In this document: in pieces, positions 25,641-35,224 of the stretch | Numbering within the stretch: position 1 is the first letter of the stretch | How the letters are laid out: the number at the start of each line of letters is the position of its first letter | IMG/VR virus record: IMGVR_UViG_3300045120_000343 | Span: 1 to 57,727 of that record | Reading direction: 5' to 3' (one strand) | Length of the DNA stretch: 57,727 bases | Source: a virus | Taxonomy: Duplodnaviria > Caudoviricetes | Translations under genes and position numbers: made by a program | Notes under the pieces: generated by a model | What the model was told of the DNA's origin: nothing | The model's input: the letters and a program-made list of their open reading frames with translations, nothing else | The model's database searches: none

Positions 25641-26516
25641 ATGAAACAAGATCTTGTCGCTATAAACGCGCCCGCGCCGCTTGCGCTTTATGACCGGATG
25701 CAAACGGCAATCGCTGAATGCTATGCCGTGGACGATTGCCTGCAAATCGCCTCGCAAGCTGGCGCCATAGCTGCATACTACAAACAAATCAAAGATGACG
25801 GGTCTGTTAGGCAGTTTCTAGAAATAAAACTCAGGGCGTGGAGGCGGATCGGCGAGATAGTTTCGACGGTCGACAATTCAGGGTGCGAAACGACCGCCGA
25901 CCATATCCGCAAAATTCGCGCCGCATTCAACGGCGGCTCCGGCCTTGACGATCTCAATGAAACTGCAATTCGGCAGGCGCTCAAGCTTATGAAGGTGCCT
26001 CGCGAGTTCTTTGATAAGCATGTCCAAGACACCGGCAGCATCGAGAACATGGTGAATCGTTTTGAGTACGTCAAAAGGAAGGAATGGGAGGCGTCCCCCG
26101 AGGGTAAAGCCCAATTGCGGAGAGAGGCCGCATCTGACGAAAAATATAGGCTGAAACGCAAAGAAGAAGAACAACAACAGGCCGAGCGGCAAAGGCTGAC
26201 CGAGAAACAGCAGGCGGAACGACAGGCGGACGCGACTCAACTGGTGGCGGCTCGCGATGCCGCGCTGGAAGAAGTCGGAATAACCCTGGATCGCCGAGAC
26301 AGAGAGCGGATGCACGAGATCGTTTTTTTGCTCAAGAAGTCCGTGCATGAAACATTGCGCAAGGCCGCATTCGACAATCGCATGACCATGCAAGCAATCT
26401 TGCGGGCCGGTCTGCGGATGTGGCTGATCGCGCACGGATATGAGGTTGAAGCAAACGAAATGACTGAGCAAAACATGAAGGAAAGACTTAAGCGCAGCAT
26501 AGAGGCGCGCCCATGA
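25641..26516 (+). CDS. Hypothetical protein, coiled coil plus C-terminal ribbon-helix-helix-like domain
   Basis: C-terminal IVFLLKKSVHETLRKAAFDNRMTMQAILRAGL; N-terminal EIKLRAWRRIGE helix bundle. Confidence 0.6.
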   Translation: MKQDLVAINAPAPLALYDRMQTAIAECYAVDDCLQIASQAGAIAAYYKQIKDDGSVRQFLEIKLRAWRRIGEIVSTVDNSGCETTADHIRKIRAAFNGGSGLDDLNETAIRQALKLMKVPREFFDKHVQDTGSIENMVNRFEYVKRKEWEASPEGKAQLRREAASDEKYRLKRKEEEQQQAERQRLTEKQQAERQADATQLVAARDAALEEVGITLDRRDRERMHEIVFLLKKSVHETLRKAAFDNRMTMQAILRAGLRMWLIAHGYEVEANEMTEQNMKERLKRSIEARP

Positions 26517-26603
26517 GTGCAACCATCGCCTTCGCCGCCCTGTTAATCGCCGCGCTGATTTTCGTGAGCGTCGTCGCCACGCCGATACGGTGAGGAGGAA
26601 AAC

Positions 26604-26792
26604 ATGGAGTTGACGGACGAAGAATTAAAGGCCGCGATCAAGGCCCTACATTCTGTTCCGCACTGGCACTATGGTCCCAATATCGGCAAAGCCATTCGAG
26701 CAGCATTCAAGGCGGTGGGCGAACTCCGCTCAGAGCGAATCCAGCCCGCTCAAGAAACTGCCTTGGAGACGGAGCGAGACAATGGAAGTTAA
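26604..26792 (+). CDS. Hypothetical protein
   Basis: GAGGAGG SD. Confidence 0.5.
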   Translation: MELTDEELKAAIKALHSVPHWHYGPNIGKAIRAAFKAVGELRSERIQPAQETALETERDNGS

Positions 26793-27111
26793 GTGCTTAG
26801 AGATCCGTGACGCAAATACGTTCGTTCCGGTGATATTCATCCGCCCGGTTCCAGAGAACGAGGCTCAGCGCTATTTGCTTCGGCGCGACGGCTATCTGGG
26901 TAACAATGGCGAGAGGTGCATAATCCTCATTAACGCTCAATGCCGCGGCGTCGCTTACGATCCGTATGACTGGAAGCGCGACACACGAACAAAGAGAAAT
27001 GCTCATAAGTATATCGCCGAGCATTGGGCCGAGCTGAAAGACGGCGACGTTGTAGATGTGGAGTATATTCTCGGCGAACGCTCGACGAAGAAGCAGAGTG
27101 AGCGGCTATGA
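26782..27111 (+). CDS. Hypothetical phage protein
   Basis: MEVKCLEIRD..TF.PV...YDPYDW...LKDGDVVDVEYILGE; GGAG SD. Confidence 0.65.
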   Translation: MEVKCLEIRDANTFVPVIFIRPVPENEAQRYLLRRDGYLGNNGERCIILINAQCRGVAYDPYDWKRDTRTKRNAHKYIAEHWAELKDGDVVDVEYILGERSTKKQSERL

Positions 27112-27296
27112 CTCCCCGTCGGAAAAAGCCTGACAAGCGGAATTGGGAGAACTGCCCTCGTGATGGGACGAAACTCCGGAGGGGTGTCTGCAAGCAATGT
27201 GGTTATTCGCTTCCTGAATGGTGGGAGTCCGAACCAGCTCCTCGGACCGGTGCCGACGGTCGTGTGATTCCACGGCTCTATGAGGAGGCAGAATGA
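27108..27296 (+). CDS. Small Zn-ribbon protein
   Basis: CPRDG...CKQCG. Confidence 0.5.
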   Translation: MTPRRKKPDKRNWENCPRDGTKLRRGVCKQCGYSLPEWWESEPAPRTGADGRVIPRLYEEAE

Positions 27297-28192
27297 ACAA
27301 GCCCGGCATTTACTTCGACGTCCCCGTCGCCGGCTATTTTGCTGACCCGTGTCCGGTGCCGTCGCTCACTCAATCGATCGCCAAGATTTTGGCCGACGAG
27401 AAGCGTGCGCCTGCTCATGCTTGGCAATGTCATCCTCGGCTTAACCCCGATTTCGAGCCGGATGATTCTACCAAATACGATATCGGCAATGTTGCTCACT
27501 CGCTGCTTATCGGCCGCGGGAAAGAAATCAGCGTAATTGACTTTGATGATTGGCGCGGCAAAGCCGCGAAGGAAGCGCGCGAGGAGGGCGCCAAGGCCGG
27601 CAAGCTTGTCGTGCTCCGCAAACAGTTCGACCGCGCTGCGGATATGGTGGTCGCTGCACGGAAGCAGCTCGATGCCCGCGGACATGAGTCGGCTTTTTCT
27701 GATGGCAGGGGTGAAGTTATGATCACGTGGCAGGAGGATCAGACATGGTTCCGGTCGTTGATAGATTGGATGGGCATGTCTCCGACCTATCATGATTATA
27801 AGACAACTGCGTTGTCATGCGCTCCGCGTGCAGTTGAAGAACGCCCCGGCGAACTCGGTTGGGACATCCAGGCTGCAATGCACGAGCGCGGACTCGACGT
27901 CCTCGACCCGAACAACGCTGGCAGACGCGTGTTTTATTTTGTGGCCCAGGAGGACTATCCGCCGTATGCGCTGAACATCGTAGAGATGAGCGAATCCGAC
28001 ATGACGCTCGGCCGCAAGAAGCTCGACATGGCGGTCGACATCTGGCGGCGCTGCATGGCGTCAAATATCTGGCCGGCTTATCCGCCCGAGGTCGTGTTAT
28101 CCCGCCCGCGCGGCTGGACGGAGACGCGGTGGCTTGAGCGCGAGGCCGAGTATGCCGAGCGACCGCCGGTCAATGCTCTGGAGGCCGGATGA
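27293..28192 (+). CDS. RecE/DUF3799-like PD-(D/E)XK exonuclease
   Basis: PSLTQS, IGNVAHSLL, RSLIDW, DYKTT, WDIQAA, FYFVAQE..PPY, WPAY. Confidence 0.85.
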   Translation: MNKPGIYFDVPVAGYFADPCPVPSLTQSIAKILADEKRAPAHAWQCHPRLNPDFEPDDSTKYDIGNVAHSLLIGRGKEISVIDFDDWRGKAAKEAREEGAKAGKLVVLRKQFDRAADMVVAARKQLDARGHESAFSDGRGEVMITWQEDQTWFRSLIDWMGMSPTYHDYKTTALSCAPRAVEERPGELGWDIQAAMHERGLDVLDPNNAGRRVFYFVAQEDYPPYALNIVEMSESDMTLGRKKLDMAVDIWRRCMASNIWPAYPPEVVLSRPRGWTETRWLEREAEYAERPPVNALEAG

Positions 28193-28660
28193 ATGTATAA
28201 GCACGCATCGCAAAATCTTCAGCATGCAGCCAGAGCTGAGACGACAAAGAACGAGGGAATTGACGATCAGGCATTCTCCGGCCGCGCCGCCGCGGAAAAG
28301 CGAACGCAGCTTACGCAAAGATTGCGAGATATAGAATCGGGGATGCGTCATTTGCGGGAATCCATAACCGCAAGCCAGAGACGTGGCGACTGGAACGGAG
28401 TCGCAAAGTGGCAGCGTCAGAGATCACTGCTTGGTAAAGAAATGCAACAAATACAGCTCGAATTTGGGAAGCTAAATGAACGTGTGCGCTCAATTTCGAG
28501 AAGTGAGGACATAGAAAAAGAGAAAAGATTTGAACGTAATTTCCTAAATATCGCCAAGGAACTTCTCGCTGAGCCGATATTTGCCAGAATTGTCAAGGCA
28601 ACACTGCATCGAATGGGTGAAGAAGATGATGAACGAAGCAGTTCGCAATTTCCAGGTTAA
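28193..28660 (+). CDS. Hypothetical coiled-coil protein
   Basis: AT-richer ORF inserted between the exonuclease and the ATPase. Confidence 0.55.
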   Translation: MYKHASQNLQHAARAETTKNEGIDDQAFSGRAAAEKRTQLTQRLRDIESGMRHLRESITASQRRGDWNGVAKWQRQRSLLGKEMQQIQLEFGKLNERVRSISRSEDIEKEKRFERNFLNIAKELLAEPIFARIVKATLHRMGEEDDERSSSQFPG

Positions 28661-29708
28661 GCCGGCCGTTCGCGAGCGCGTGCCGTTGCTTGTAGGACTC
28701 ATGGGTCCGAGTGGCAGCGGCAAGACGTTCTCCGCGCTTCGGCTTGCCACAGGCATTCAGACTCTTGCAGGCGGCGACATCTATGGGATCGACACCGAAG
28801 CGCGCCGGATGCTTCATTATGCCGATCGCTTCAAATTCAAGCACGTCCAGTTCGACGCGCCATTCAGTTCGCTCGATTATCTCGCGGCGCTTGAACAGTG
28901 CGTCAAAGCGGGTGCTGGAGTGATCATCGTGGACTCAATGTCCCACGAACATGAATCGCCCGGCGGCATGATCGACTTCGCAGAAAAGGAACTGGATCGC
29001 ATCGCCGGCAGCGATTGGGCGAAGCGCGAACGCGTCAAAATGCTGAGCTGGCAGAGGCCGAAGGCGGCGCGTCGCCGGCTGATTAACGGGATCCTGCAGC
29101 TCAACGCGAATTTCATTTTTTGCTTCCGCGCCAAGAACACCGTGAAACCGCTCAAGATCAACGGTAAGACGGAGATCGTCCCCATGGGCTTTATGCCGAT
29201 TGCGGGCGAGGAGTTTCTGTTCGAGCAGACGGTGAACTGCCTGCTGCTACCGAACTCTGGCGGCGTGCCGACTTGGCAGTCGGAAAATATGGGCGAGCGC
29301 CAGATGATAAAATCGCCGGTGCAATTCCGGGAAATCTTCGCTGCCAATAAGCCGCTCGACGAAGACATCGGCCGCGCGCTCGCCACCTGGGCGAAAGGCG
29401 ATCAAGGACCGCGATCTCCGACCGTTAGCGACCTGGCACCCGTTGACGTGCGTAAATTCGTTGCACCACTGAAATCCGCCGCCGAACCTTCGGAGCCGGC
29501 GGATGCCGCCCCTGCCTCGCCGCCCCCGGCAACCCCAGAGGCAGGGGCGGTCCTCTCGCTCGAGGCCATGGCGCAAGAAGCCGCCACGCGCGGGCGCGAG
29601 ATCTTCGACGCTTTCTACAAGAGCCGCTCGCGCGCCGAGCAGGCAGAGCTACGGCTCATGAAGCCGGATTTGGAGAAGCTATTTCCGAAGGAGGAGGCGG
29701 CGACATGA
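28626..29708 (+). CDS. Sak4-like (AAA_24) single-strand annealing ATPase
   Basis: GPSGSGKTFSAL, IDTE, IIVDSMSHE; follows the RecE-like exonuclease. Confidence 0.8.
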   Translation: MMNEAVRNFQVKPAVRERVPLLVGLMGPSGSGKTFSALRLATGIQTLAGGDIYGIDTEARRMLHYADRFKFKHVQFDAPFSSLDYLAALEQCVKAGAGVIIVDSMSHEHESPGGMIDFAEKELDRIAGSDWAKRERVKMLSWQRPKAARRRLINGILQLNANFIFCFRAKNTVKPLKINGKTEIVPMGFMPIAGEEFLFEQTVNCLLLPNSGGVPTWQSENMGERQMIKSPVQFREIFAANKPLDEDIGRALATWAKGDQGPRSPTVSDLAPVDVRKFVAPLKSAAEPSEPADAAPASPPPATPEAGAVLSLEAMAQEAATRGREIFDAFYKSRSRAEQAELRLMKPDLEKLFPKEEAAT

Positions 29709-29882
29709 TGACGGTGGAGCAAAAGCAGAGAGCCGCCTTGATCTTGGAAAAGCGGTTCATCGAGTTTCTATTGCAGTTTGAACCGATGCAGGACATCGCT
29801 GTCGGCGATGTGAAGTGCATCGCGTCGACGGCTCGGACCTACGCTTTTGAGGAATTCACCAGAGAACTTGATTGAAATCGCA

Positions 29883-30128
29883 ATGCCAAGAATCACGATC
29901 TACAATGACAGCGAAACGGATCTCGACGCCGACTTTGACGTGGTCGAGCTGATAGGCGGCAAAGAGGCCAACCGCACGACAATGAAGCCTGACGATTCTT
30001 CCTGCGAGGGGTTTCGGCTTTACGCTTCAAACCAAGCATTTCTGATCGTTCCGCGCGGGGCGCAATGCCCTAAAATTTCTATGTCGCGGAAGGGCACGCA
30101 AATAGACGCGCGGCCAAAGGAGCCATGA
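29883..30128 (+). CDS. Hypothetical protein
   Basis: Open frame coupled to the xis-like gene. Confidence 0.45.
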   Translation: MPRITIYNDSETDLDADFDVVELIGGKEANRTTMKPDDSSCEGFRLYASNQAFLIVPRGAQCPKISMSRKGTQIDARPKEP

Positions 30129-30382
30129 CCGACGCCCCGAAATACGCCGATCTGGCGACTCTCGCGCGCGAACTCTGCGCCGGCGAGAGCACGATCGAGG
30201 GGCTGGTCCGGCAGGGCAAGTTCCCGCAGCCCTATCACCTGGGCGGCAAACGGCTATGGAAATGGTCCGAAGTCGAGGCCACAATAGCGGCCAGCCGGGA
30301 CGATTTTGTCAAAAATGTCCCCGCTGTAACCGAGGGGGGCATTCGTGAGGCGGCAAAGCGGGTTTCGCGGGGAGGGGGATAA
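30125..30382 (+). CDS. Excisionase/AlpA-like HTH protein
   Basis: DLATLARELC.GESTIEGLVRQGKFPQP..LGGKRLWKWSEV, upstream of the integrase. Confidence 0.75.
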   Translation: MTDAPKYADLATLARELCAGESTIEGLVRQGKFPQPYHLGGKRLWKWSEVEATIAASRDDFVKNVPAVTEGGIREAAKRVSRGGG

Positions 30383-30383
30383 G

Positions 30384-30572
30384 ATGGACGACGACGACTA
30401 TTGCGAACCGCCGTTCATCTGTCCTTTATCGAAACAACCTTGCATCCGGGCATTCTGCGAGGATTACGGCTGTGCTGATCAAGCATGCGTGCCACTAGAC
30501 GAAAATGATTTTGCCTGTGGGTCAATTGATGACAATGAACTCATGCCGAAATTGCCGCGGATAACGCCATGA
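30384..30572 (+). CDS. Small acidic Cys-rich protein
   Basis: MDDDDYCEPPFICPLSKQPCIRAFCEDYGC...; sits between xis and int. Confidence 0.45.
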   Translation: MDDDDYCEPPFICPLSKQPCIRAFCEDYGCADQACVPLDENDFACGSIDDNELMPKLPRITP

Positions 30573-31465
30573 AGCGGATCGAGTCCAACACCTTCGCGGC
30601 GGTCATTCGGCTCTACTACGCGAGCCCGAAGTTCCAGGCGCTCGAACGCAGCACGCAAGTCGGCTATCGGCAGTATCTCAAGGTTGCCGAACATCCCAAC
30701 GTACTTGGAGCTCTGCCCGTCGGCGTGATCCGGCCGGCGCTGGTGCAGCACTACCTTGACGCCTTTGCCGACCGTCCCGGCGCCCAACAGCGCGCAAAGG
30801 TGGCGATCAAGGCCGTGGAGAAGTGGGCGCTGGTCCGGGATCTCCTACCGTTCCCTATCACCACGGGCACCGAGGTAGTCGGCGGCGGCGACGGTCACAG
30901 GCCCTGGACCGAGGCCCAGGTCGCCTGCGCCGAAGCCTACGCGCGGCCCGAGATCAGCCGCCTCGTCACGCTCGCCGCAAATACCGGACAGCGGGGATCG
31001 GACCTCGTCCGCATGCGCTGGTCCGACATCGAGCGGGTCGACGGCCGGCTCGGGATAAATGTCACCACGCAGAAAACCGGCCGGGTGCTCTGGATACCGC
31101 TTACGGAGGCCCTACAGGCGGCTATGGCGAGCTGGGAGCGGCGGCCGGGCATGATCCTGCTGACGCGCTACGGGCAGCCCTGGGCGCACCGGAAGGCCGC
31201 CCATGAGGCATGGACGGGAGAGCGCGACCGCAATCCGAAGCTCGGGCTCTGCGCCGGCCTGGTGCTCCATGGGCTCCGCGCGACCGCTATCGTGCGGCTG
31301 CGCCGTGCCGGCTGCCCGCCGACGCTGATCTCCGACATGGTTGGGCTGAGCGTGCCCATGGTCGAGCGGTACTGCCGGTTTGCGAGCCAGCGGGAGTCGG
31401 CGATGGCCGCGGTCCACTATCTGGATCGGAACCCGAAGCCGACAAGCAAGAAGGAAACGGGGTGA
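30569..31465 (+). CDS. int: Tyrosine recombinase/integrase
   Basis: TGQRGSDL (R), QKTG (K), LHGLRAT (HxxR), MVERY (Y). Confidence 0.88.
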   Translation: MKRIESNTFAAVIRLYYASPKFQALERSTQVGYRQYLKVAEHPNVLGALPVGVIRPALVQHYLDAFADRPGAQQRAKVAIKAVEKWALVRDLLPFPITTGTEVVGGGDGHRPWTEAQVACAEAYARPEISRLVTLAANTGQRGSDLVRMRWSDIERVDGRLGINVTTQKTGRVLWIPLTEALQAAMASWERRPGMILLTRYGQPWAHRKAAHEAWTGERDRNPKLGLCAGLVLHGLRATAIVRLRRAGCPPTLISDMVGLSVPMVERYCRFASQRESAMAAVHYLDRNPKPTSKKETG

Positions 31466-31589
31466 ACATGACGAAGCGATGGAGTTCAACCCGCAGCGAT
31501 CTAACCAAGACGAAACGCAGGGCGTCGAAGCAGGCGCGCATGAAGGTTCGTGCCGCCCTCATGAAGCCGGCAGGCAAGAAGGACACGGG

Positions 31590-31817
31590 ATGAGCACGTG
31601 GAATGACATGCCGAATGACTACGAACATGCATGTGCCGAGATTAAGCGGCAGTGGGAAGCGATCGAACATATCGGGAGAATGACGGCACCGACCGTTCGT
31701 GCGCTGATCTTCGAGCATCTCGTCGGTCGTGACTGCCGTCTTGTCGAAACAGCCCATGATGTAGCCGATGAAATCATGCGGGAACTTGCCAGAGCTAGGG
31801 GGAAGGAAACGGGATGA
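31590..31817 (+). CDS. Hypothetical protein
   Basis: AAGGA SD with ATGA overlap. Confidence 0.5.
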   Translation: MSTWNDMPNDYEHACAEIKRQWEAIEHIGRMTAPTVRALIFEHLVGRDCRLVETAHDVADEIMRELARARGKETG

Positions 31818-32113
31818 GCGACATCGTGGAACAGTTAGAGGAAAAAGCTGCTCGTGCTCAGACACCAAAGAGCAGAGATTTTTACCGATCAATCAAGGCC
31901 GAGATCGAGAGGCTGCGGGCTGCGCTAGAGCCATTTGTCAGGGCTGCGGCCGATTTTGATTGTTGGGATGAAGCGCCGGCAGATAGTTTCCCGCTTCACA
32001 TCGAACATTGCTCGAACGAGAAGGCACAATTTACTATTGCCGATTTGCACCGACTTCGCGGGAACATCTACCGAACGCCCCGTTATTCCAAAACAGAAAA
32101 TGGGAGGGAGTGA
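31814..32113 (+). CDS. Hypothetical protein (EIERLR type)
   Basis: MSDIVEQL...AEIERLRAALEPF. Confidence 0.55.
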   Translation: MSDIVEQLEEKAARAQTPKSRDFYRSIKAEIERLRAALEPFVRAAADFDCWDEAPADSFPLHIEHCSNEKAQFTIADLHRLRGNIYRTPRYSKTENGRE

Positions 32114-32253
32114 CGTGTCGTGATTTTTGGTAAGACGTTGAATGATAAAATGATTTCTTCGCCCCCCACTTTCTCGAAGAGAAGCGCGACTAAGCCAAAA
32201 TCAAAGGCTTGTGGCTCTGTGAGTATCCTAATCGGGCCGAGGAGCAATGAACG

Positions 32254-32451
32254 ATGAAGCCAATACCGATCGTTACCGGGCGCGACATTGCCGAGAGGTT
32301 CGGCTACGACCAAGTTGTAATCATCGCGCGCAAGATCGGCAAAAATGGAGGCGAGTACGTCACCACTTATGGGCGCGATAAAGCTCACTGTGATGTTGCT
32401 AGGCAGATAGGAGAATTTTTTAAGTACAAATTGATGGACTGGCCACAATGA
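32254..32451 (+). CDS. Hypothetical protein
   Basis: GAGGAG SD; IAERFGYDQVVIIAR...VTTYG...HC. Confidence 0.55.
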   Translation: MKPIPIVTGRDIAERFGYDQVVIIARKIGKNGGEYVTTYGRDKAHCDVARQIGEFFKYKLMDWPQ

Positions 32452-32565
32452 CCAACAGAGTTCCGGTGGGTGTCTCCTGGGTCGTTCCGTCCTCGATCGC
32501 GGTTCGGCACGCCAATAGACACCCCGTAAGCCGTCGAGGCGGGCCGGGAGCAAAGTGAGGATAGG

Positions 32566-32757
32566 ATGAAGCACGCAGCACCAGCTTACAGAACTGTTCC
32601 CACAAGAGCATGGGCCGCGATAAGCGAGGATGTCCCTCCGAACATTTATGAAGTGGCCTGGTATCGCGAACAGCTTCGCGGCGATCTGCGGCACATCAGG
32701 GTTTCGATAATTCCCAATGTGAAGAAAAGAAAACGGCGCAAGCCAAAGCGAGGATAG
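32566..32757 (+). CDS. Hypothetical basic protein
   Basis: AGGATAGG-ATG start cassette. Confidence 0.45.
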   Translation: MKHAAPAYRTVPTRAWAAISEDVPPNIYEVAWYREQLRGDLRHIRVSIIPNVKKRKRRKPKRG

Positions 32758-33055
32758 GATGGGCGAATGGTTCATTGCCGGAGCAATCGCCGTCTTGCTT
32801 ATCATCTGGCTTGTCGTCGACCTAATAGTAGCGCTGGGAGGATAGGTTATGATGTGGCAGTTGCAATGGCAATATCAACGGCTCTTGGCCTATTGGCGGT
32901 TGATCATAGGCTGGAAAGTTCACCCCCTCCCGGAAGGGAAGGCATGTGACGGAAGTCACACGTCCGGTGCGGAGCGGCGCACTAAAATATCCGCTCACTT
33001 AACCAACTACAAGGAACCGCGGAAGCAACATCAGTCGAGTGCCGGGAAGGATAGG

Positions 33056-33358
33056 ATGAGCGATATCGTGAAGCGGCTGCGCGCATACGCGGAAAACACA
33101 GAAATTCATTCTGAAGTCGGGCCGACAGAAATATGCCTAGATGCCGCCGACGAGATCGAGCGACTGCGGCGCGAGTGCGGACGCTGGAATGTTCTTGGAG
33201 TAGTGGAAATGGAGACCGAGATAGAGCGGCTGAGGGCTATCATCGCTCTGCACGAAAAAAGGAAAGCAGGCATAGGCGGCGTTCTGTTTGATCGGACTGG
33301 CGTGAACCAGACGCAAAAAAAGGCCGCACCATCCGGCGAACCGGACAGCGCGGCCTAG
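33056..33358 (+). CDS. Hypothetical protein (EIERLR type)
   Basis: MSDIVKRLR...AADEIERLR...EIERLR. Confidence 0.55.
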   Translation: MSDIVKRLRAYAENTEIHSEVGPTEICLDAADEIERLRRECGRWNVLGVVEMETEIERLRAIIALHEKRKAGIGGVLFDRTGVNQTQKKAAPSGEPDSAA

Positions 33359-33392
33359 TCAGGGAGGAAACGTCCAAGGAGGACGTCGGATT
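33315..33392 (-). ncRNA. MmgR/suhB (alpha-r8)-like small RNA including its intrinsic terminator
   Basis: Minus strand ACGTCC-TCCTT-GGACGT hairpin, TTTCCTCCCT core (33370-33361), GACT, then a GGCCGC...GCGGCC hairpin and T7. This matches the suhB/MmgR layout as I recall it. Confidence 0.75.
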
Positions 33393-33436
33393 GTCACAGC
33401 TCTCGCTGCGACCTCGTTGGCGGACTAGCCGCCGAA

Positions 33437-34297
33437 TTATCCGCCTTGCGGCACGCCATTTTGCTTCACCTTCCGACTAAGGCTGATGAAGGTGAAGATT
33501 ACGCCAATGGCTAAGAGCGCGAGCCCTCCTATCGCGATCATGATGGCCCATGTGGCGCTGCTGCCTGCACCAACCCCCGCGCTGTCGGCCTGTTGTCTCA
33601 CAAGCACCCTCACCTGCTCCGCAATGGCAGCCACTGCCGGATCGCTGAACTTGCGCTCGCCGACGCCCTGCGCACTGCCCTGTTCAAGAGACTGAACGCG
33701 CGTTCCGATAGCAGTGACGGTTTGCCCGAGCGTAGTGAACTGATTCTGAATGTTGCGATTGGTCTCGGTCGCCGTCGAGGCAACCAAGCTTCTGAGCGCA
33801 TCCGCAGTGGTCGTGTTTTGAGTCGAAAGAACAGCCGCCGACTCGGTCACTGTCTTTGCAAGACCGGCCGCTGTCTGGATGGCTGCCGAGCTAGTCTGAT
33901 CGACTGCCGCCTTGTCCACCTGCCTGATAGCGTCAACGCGCGCCTTCTCCGTGTCTCGGATCAATTTATCGAACTCTGCACGGAGTCGTGCCTCAGCCTC
34001 CAACCGCTCCGTGTTGGCCTGAAGCAATTCCCGATCATGCTGCGACCGAAGTGCACTAAGTTCAGCAACGAGCTTCAACCTTGCGTCTGTGCTTTCTTGC
34101 AACGCAGCACGCAGATCGTCCTGGCGCTTGATGGCGGCTTCCACGAGCTGCAGGACATTCTTCGATGGGTCGAATGGCAACGCACCGGTCACCATTTGCC
34201 CGCCCGAGCTGACCCCCAATGAAGGATTGTCGGGCGCCGACTGCGCCCACGTCGGCACAGCGAGGATGAGAAAGATCAAAACCAATAAATTGCGCAT
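33437..34297 (-). CDS. Secreted coiled-coil protein with C-terminal TM anchor (last late gene)
   Basis: Signal peptide MRNLLVLIFLILAVPTWA, long helical body, TM WAIMIAIGGLALLAIGVIFTFISL. Confidence 0.65.
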   Translation of the reverse strand: MRNLLVLIFLILAVPTWAQSAPDNPSLGVSSGGQMVTGALPFDPSKNVLQLVEAAIKRQDDLRAALQESTDARLKLVAELSALRSQHDRELLQANTERLEAEARLRAEFDKLIRDTEKARVDAIRQVDKAAVDQTSSAAIQTAAGLAKTVTESAAVLSTQNTTTADALRSLVASTATETNRNIQNQFTTLGQTVTAIGTRVQSLEQGSAQGVGERKFSDPAVAAIAEQVRVLVRQQADSAGVGAGSSATWAIMIAIGGLALLAIGVIFTFISLSRKVKQNGVPQGG

Positions 34298-34320
34298 TGC
34301 CCCTCCGCCCGCTCTCCTCG

Positions 34321-34617
34321 TTATGCGGGCTGCCGCAGCTTGTGCACCGCAGCGAGGACCACGGCCGTTGCGTCGTGGTACTGCTGGGCGGTCATCTCTT
34401 CTTCGTGACCGACGGCTTTGAGCGCGGCGTGCAGGCCAGCTACCGCGGCCTTAAGCCGCCCAACCGGCGTTTGATCGATGCCACCGTCAGCGGCTCGGAT
34501 GATGTCGATCGAACCCTCATGCCAAGTCCCCCTCGGAGCAAGATGGGCTTTCCAGCTCTGTCCCTCGGCGTAAGCCTCAAGCGCGGCGGCGCCTGCGTCG
34601 ATTTCAGCGTTCGTCAT
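34321..34617 (-). CDS. Hypothetical protein
   Basis: GGGAGG SD. Confidence 0.55.
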   Translation of the reverse strand: MTNAEIDAGAAALEAYAEGQSWKAHLAPRGTWHEGSIDIIRAADGGIDQTPVGRLKAAVAGLHAALKAVGHEEEMTAQQYHDATAVVLAAVHKLRQPA

Positions 34618-34641
34618 GTCACAGCCTCCCGGTGAGCAGTC

Positions 34642-35187
34642 CTATGGCTTCGCTGGAGCAGCCGCCGATGCGGGCGCCGCAGCAGCCGCCGTCGCCGCCG
34701 CTGCGCCAGGAGGCACGATCGCGGCCAGCGCGGCGTTGATGTTCGCGCCTGAGAATTTCGACACCAGCACACTGAGCGCGGAATACTCGGCATCAACGAA
34801 AAACCCGGTCGACGGCACGCCGAGCTTTGCCTGCAATACTTGCACAGCCGCTTTCGTCTTCGGCCCCCATGAGCCGTCTACCTTGAGCGGCGCGTCGAGC
34901 TTGATATATCCCGTCGCGTCGATGAAATTCAACGTCTCCTGGACATAGGCCGTGTTATCTGGATGCGCATGCACGAGCGCGGCTGCAGCAGCGTGAAGCA
35001 CGGGATCCAGTTTTGGAAATAGCGCTGCGCCCGCATCGGCCAATACCTGGGCAACTGGCGTGCCGGTGACGACGGCGGCGACCTTGGCAATACCGTTCCC
35101 GGATGAACGAGTCCACGCCGAGACGATCTGCGGGATGAGTTGGACTAACGCAGGGACGAACGAGGCGAGGAGAGCAAAGATGGGCAT
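34642..35187 (-). CDS. Peptidoglycan-binding domain protein with hydrophobic N-terminus
   Basis: LKVDGSWGPKTKAAVQVLQAKLGVPSTG (PG_binding_1 motif). Confidence 0.75.
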   Translation of the reverse strand: MPIFALLASFVPALVQLIPQIVSAWTRSSGNGIAKVAAVVTGTPVAQVLADAGAALFPKLDPVLHAAAAALVHAHPDNTAYVQETLNFIDATGYIKLDAPLKVDGSWGPKTKAAVQVLQAKLGVPSTGFFVDAEYSALSVLVSKFSGANINAALAAIVPPGAAAATAAAAAPASAAAPAKP

Positions 35188-35224
35188 GGTACGTTCCTTT
35201 CAGATTATGTTGAGAGTTGGCGGA

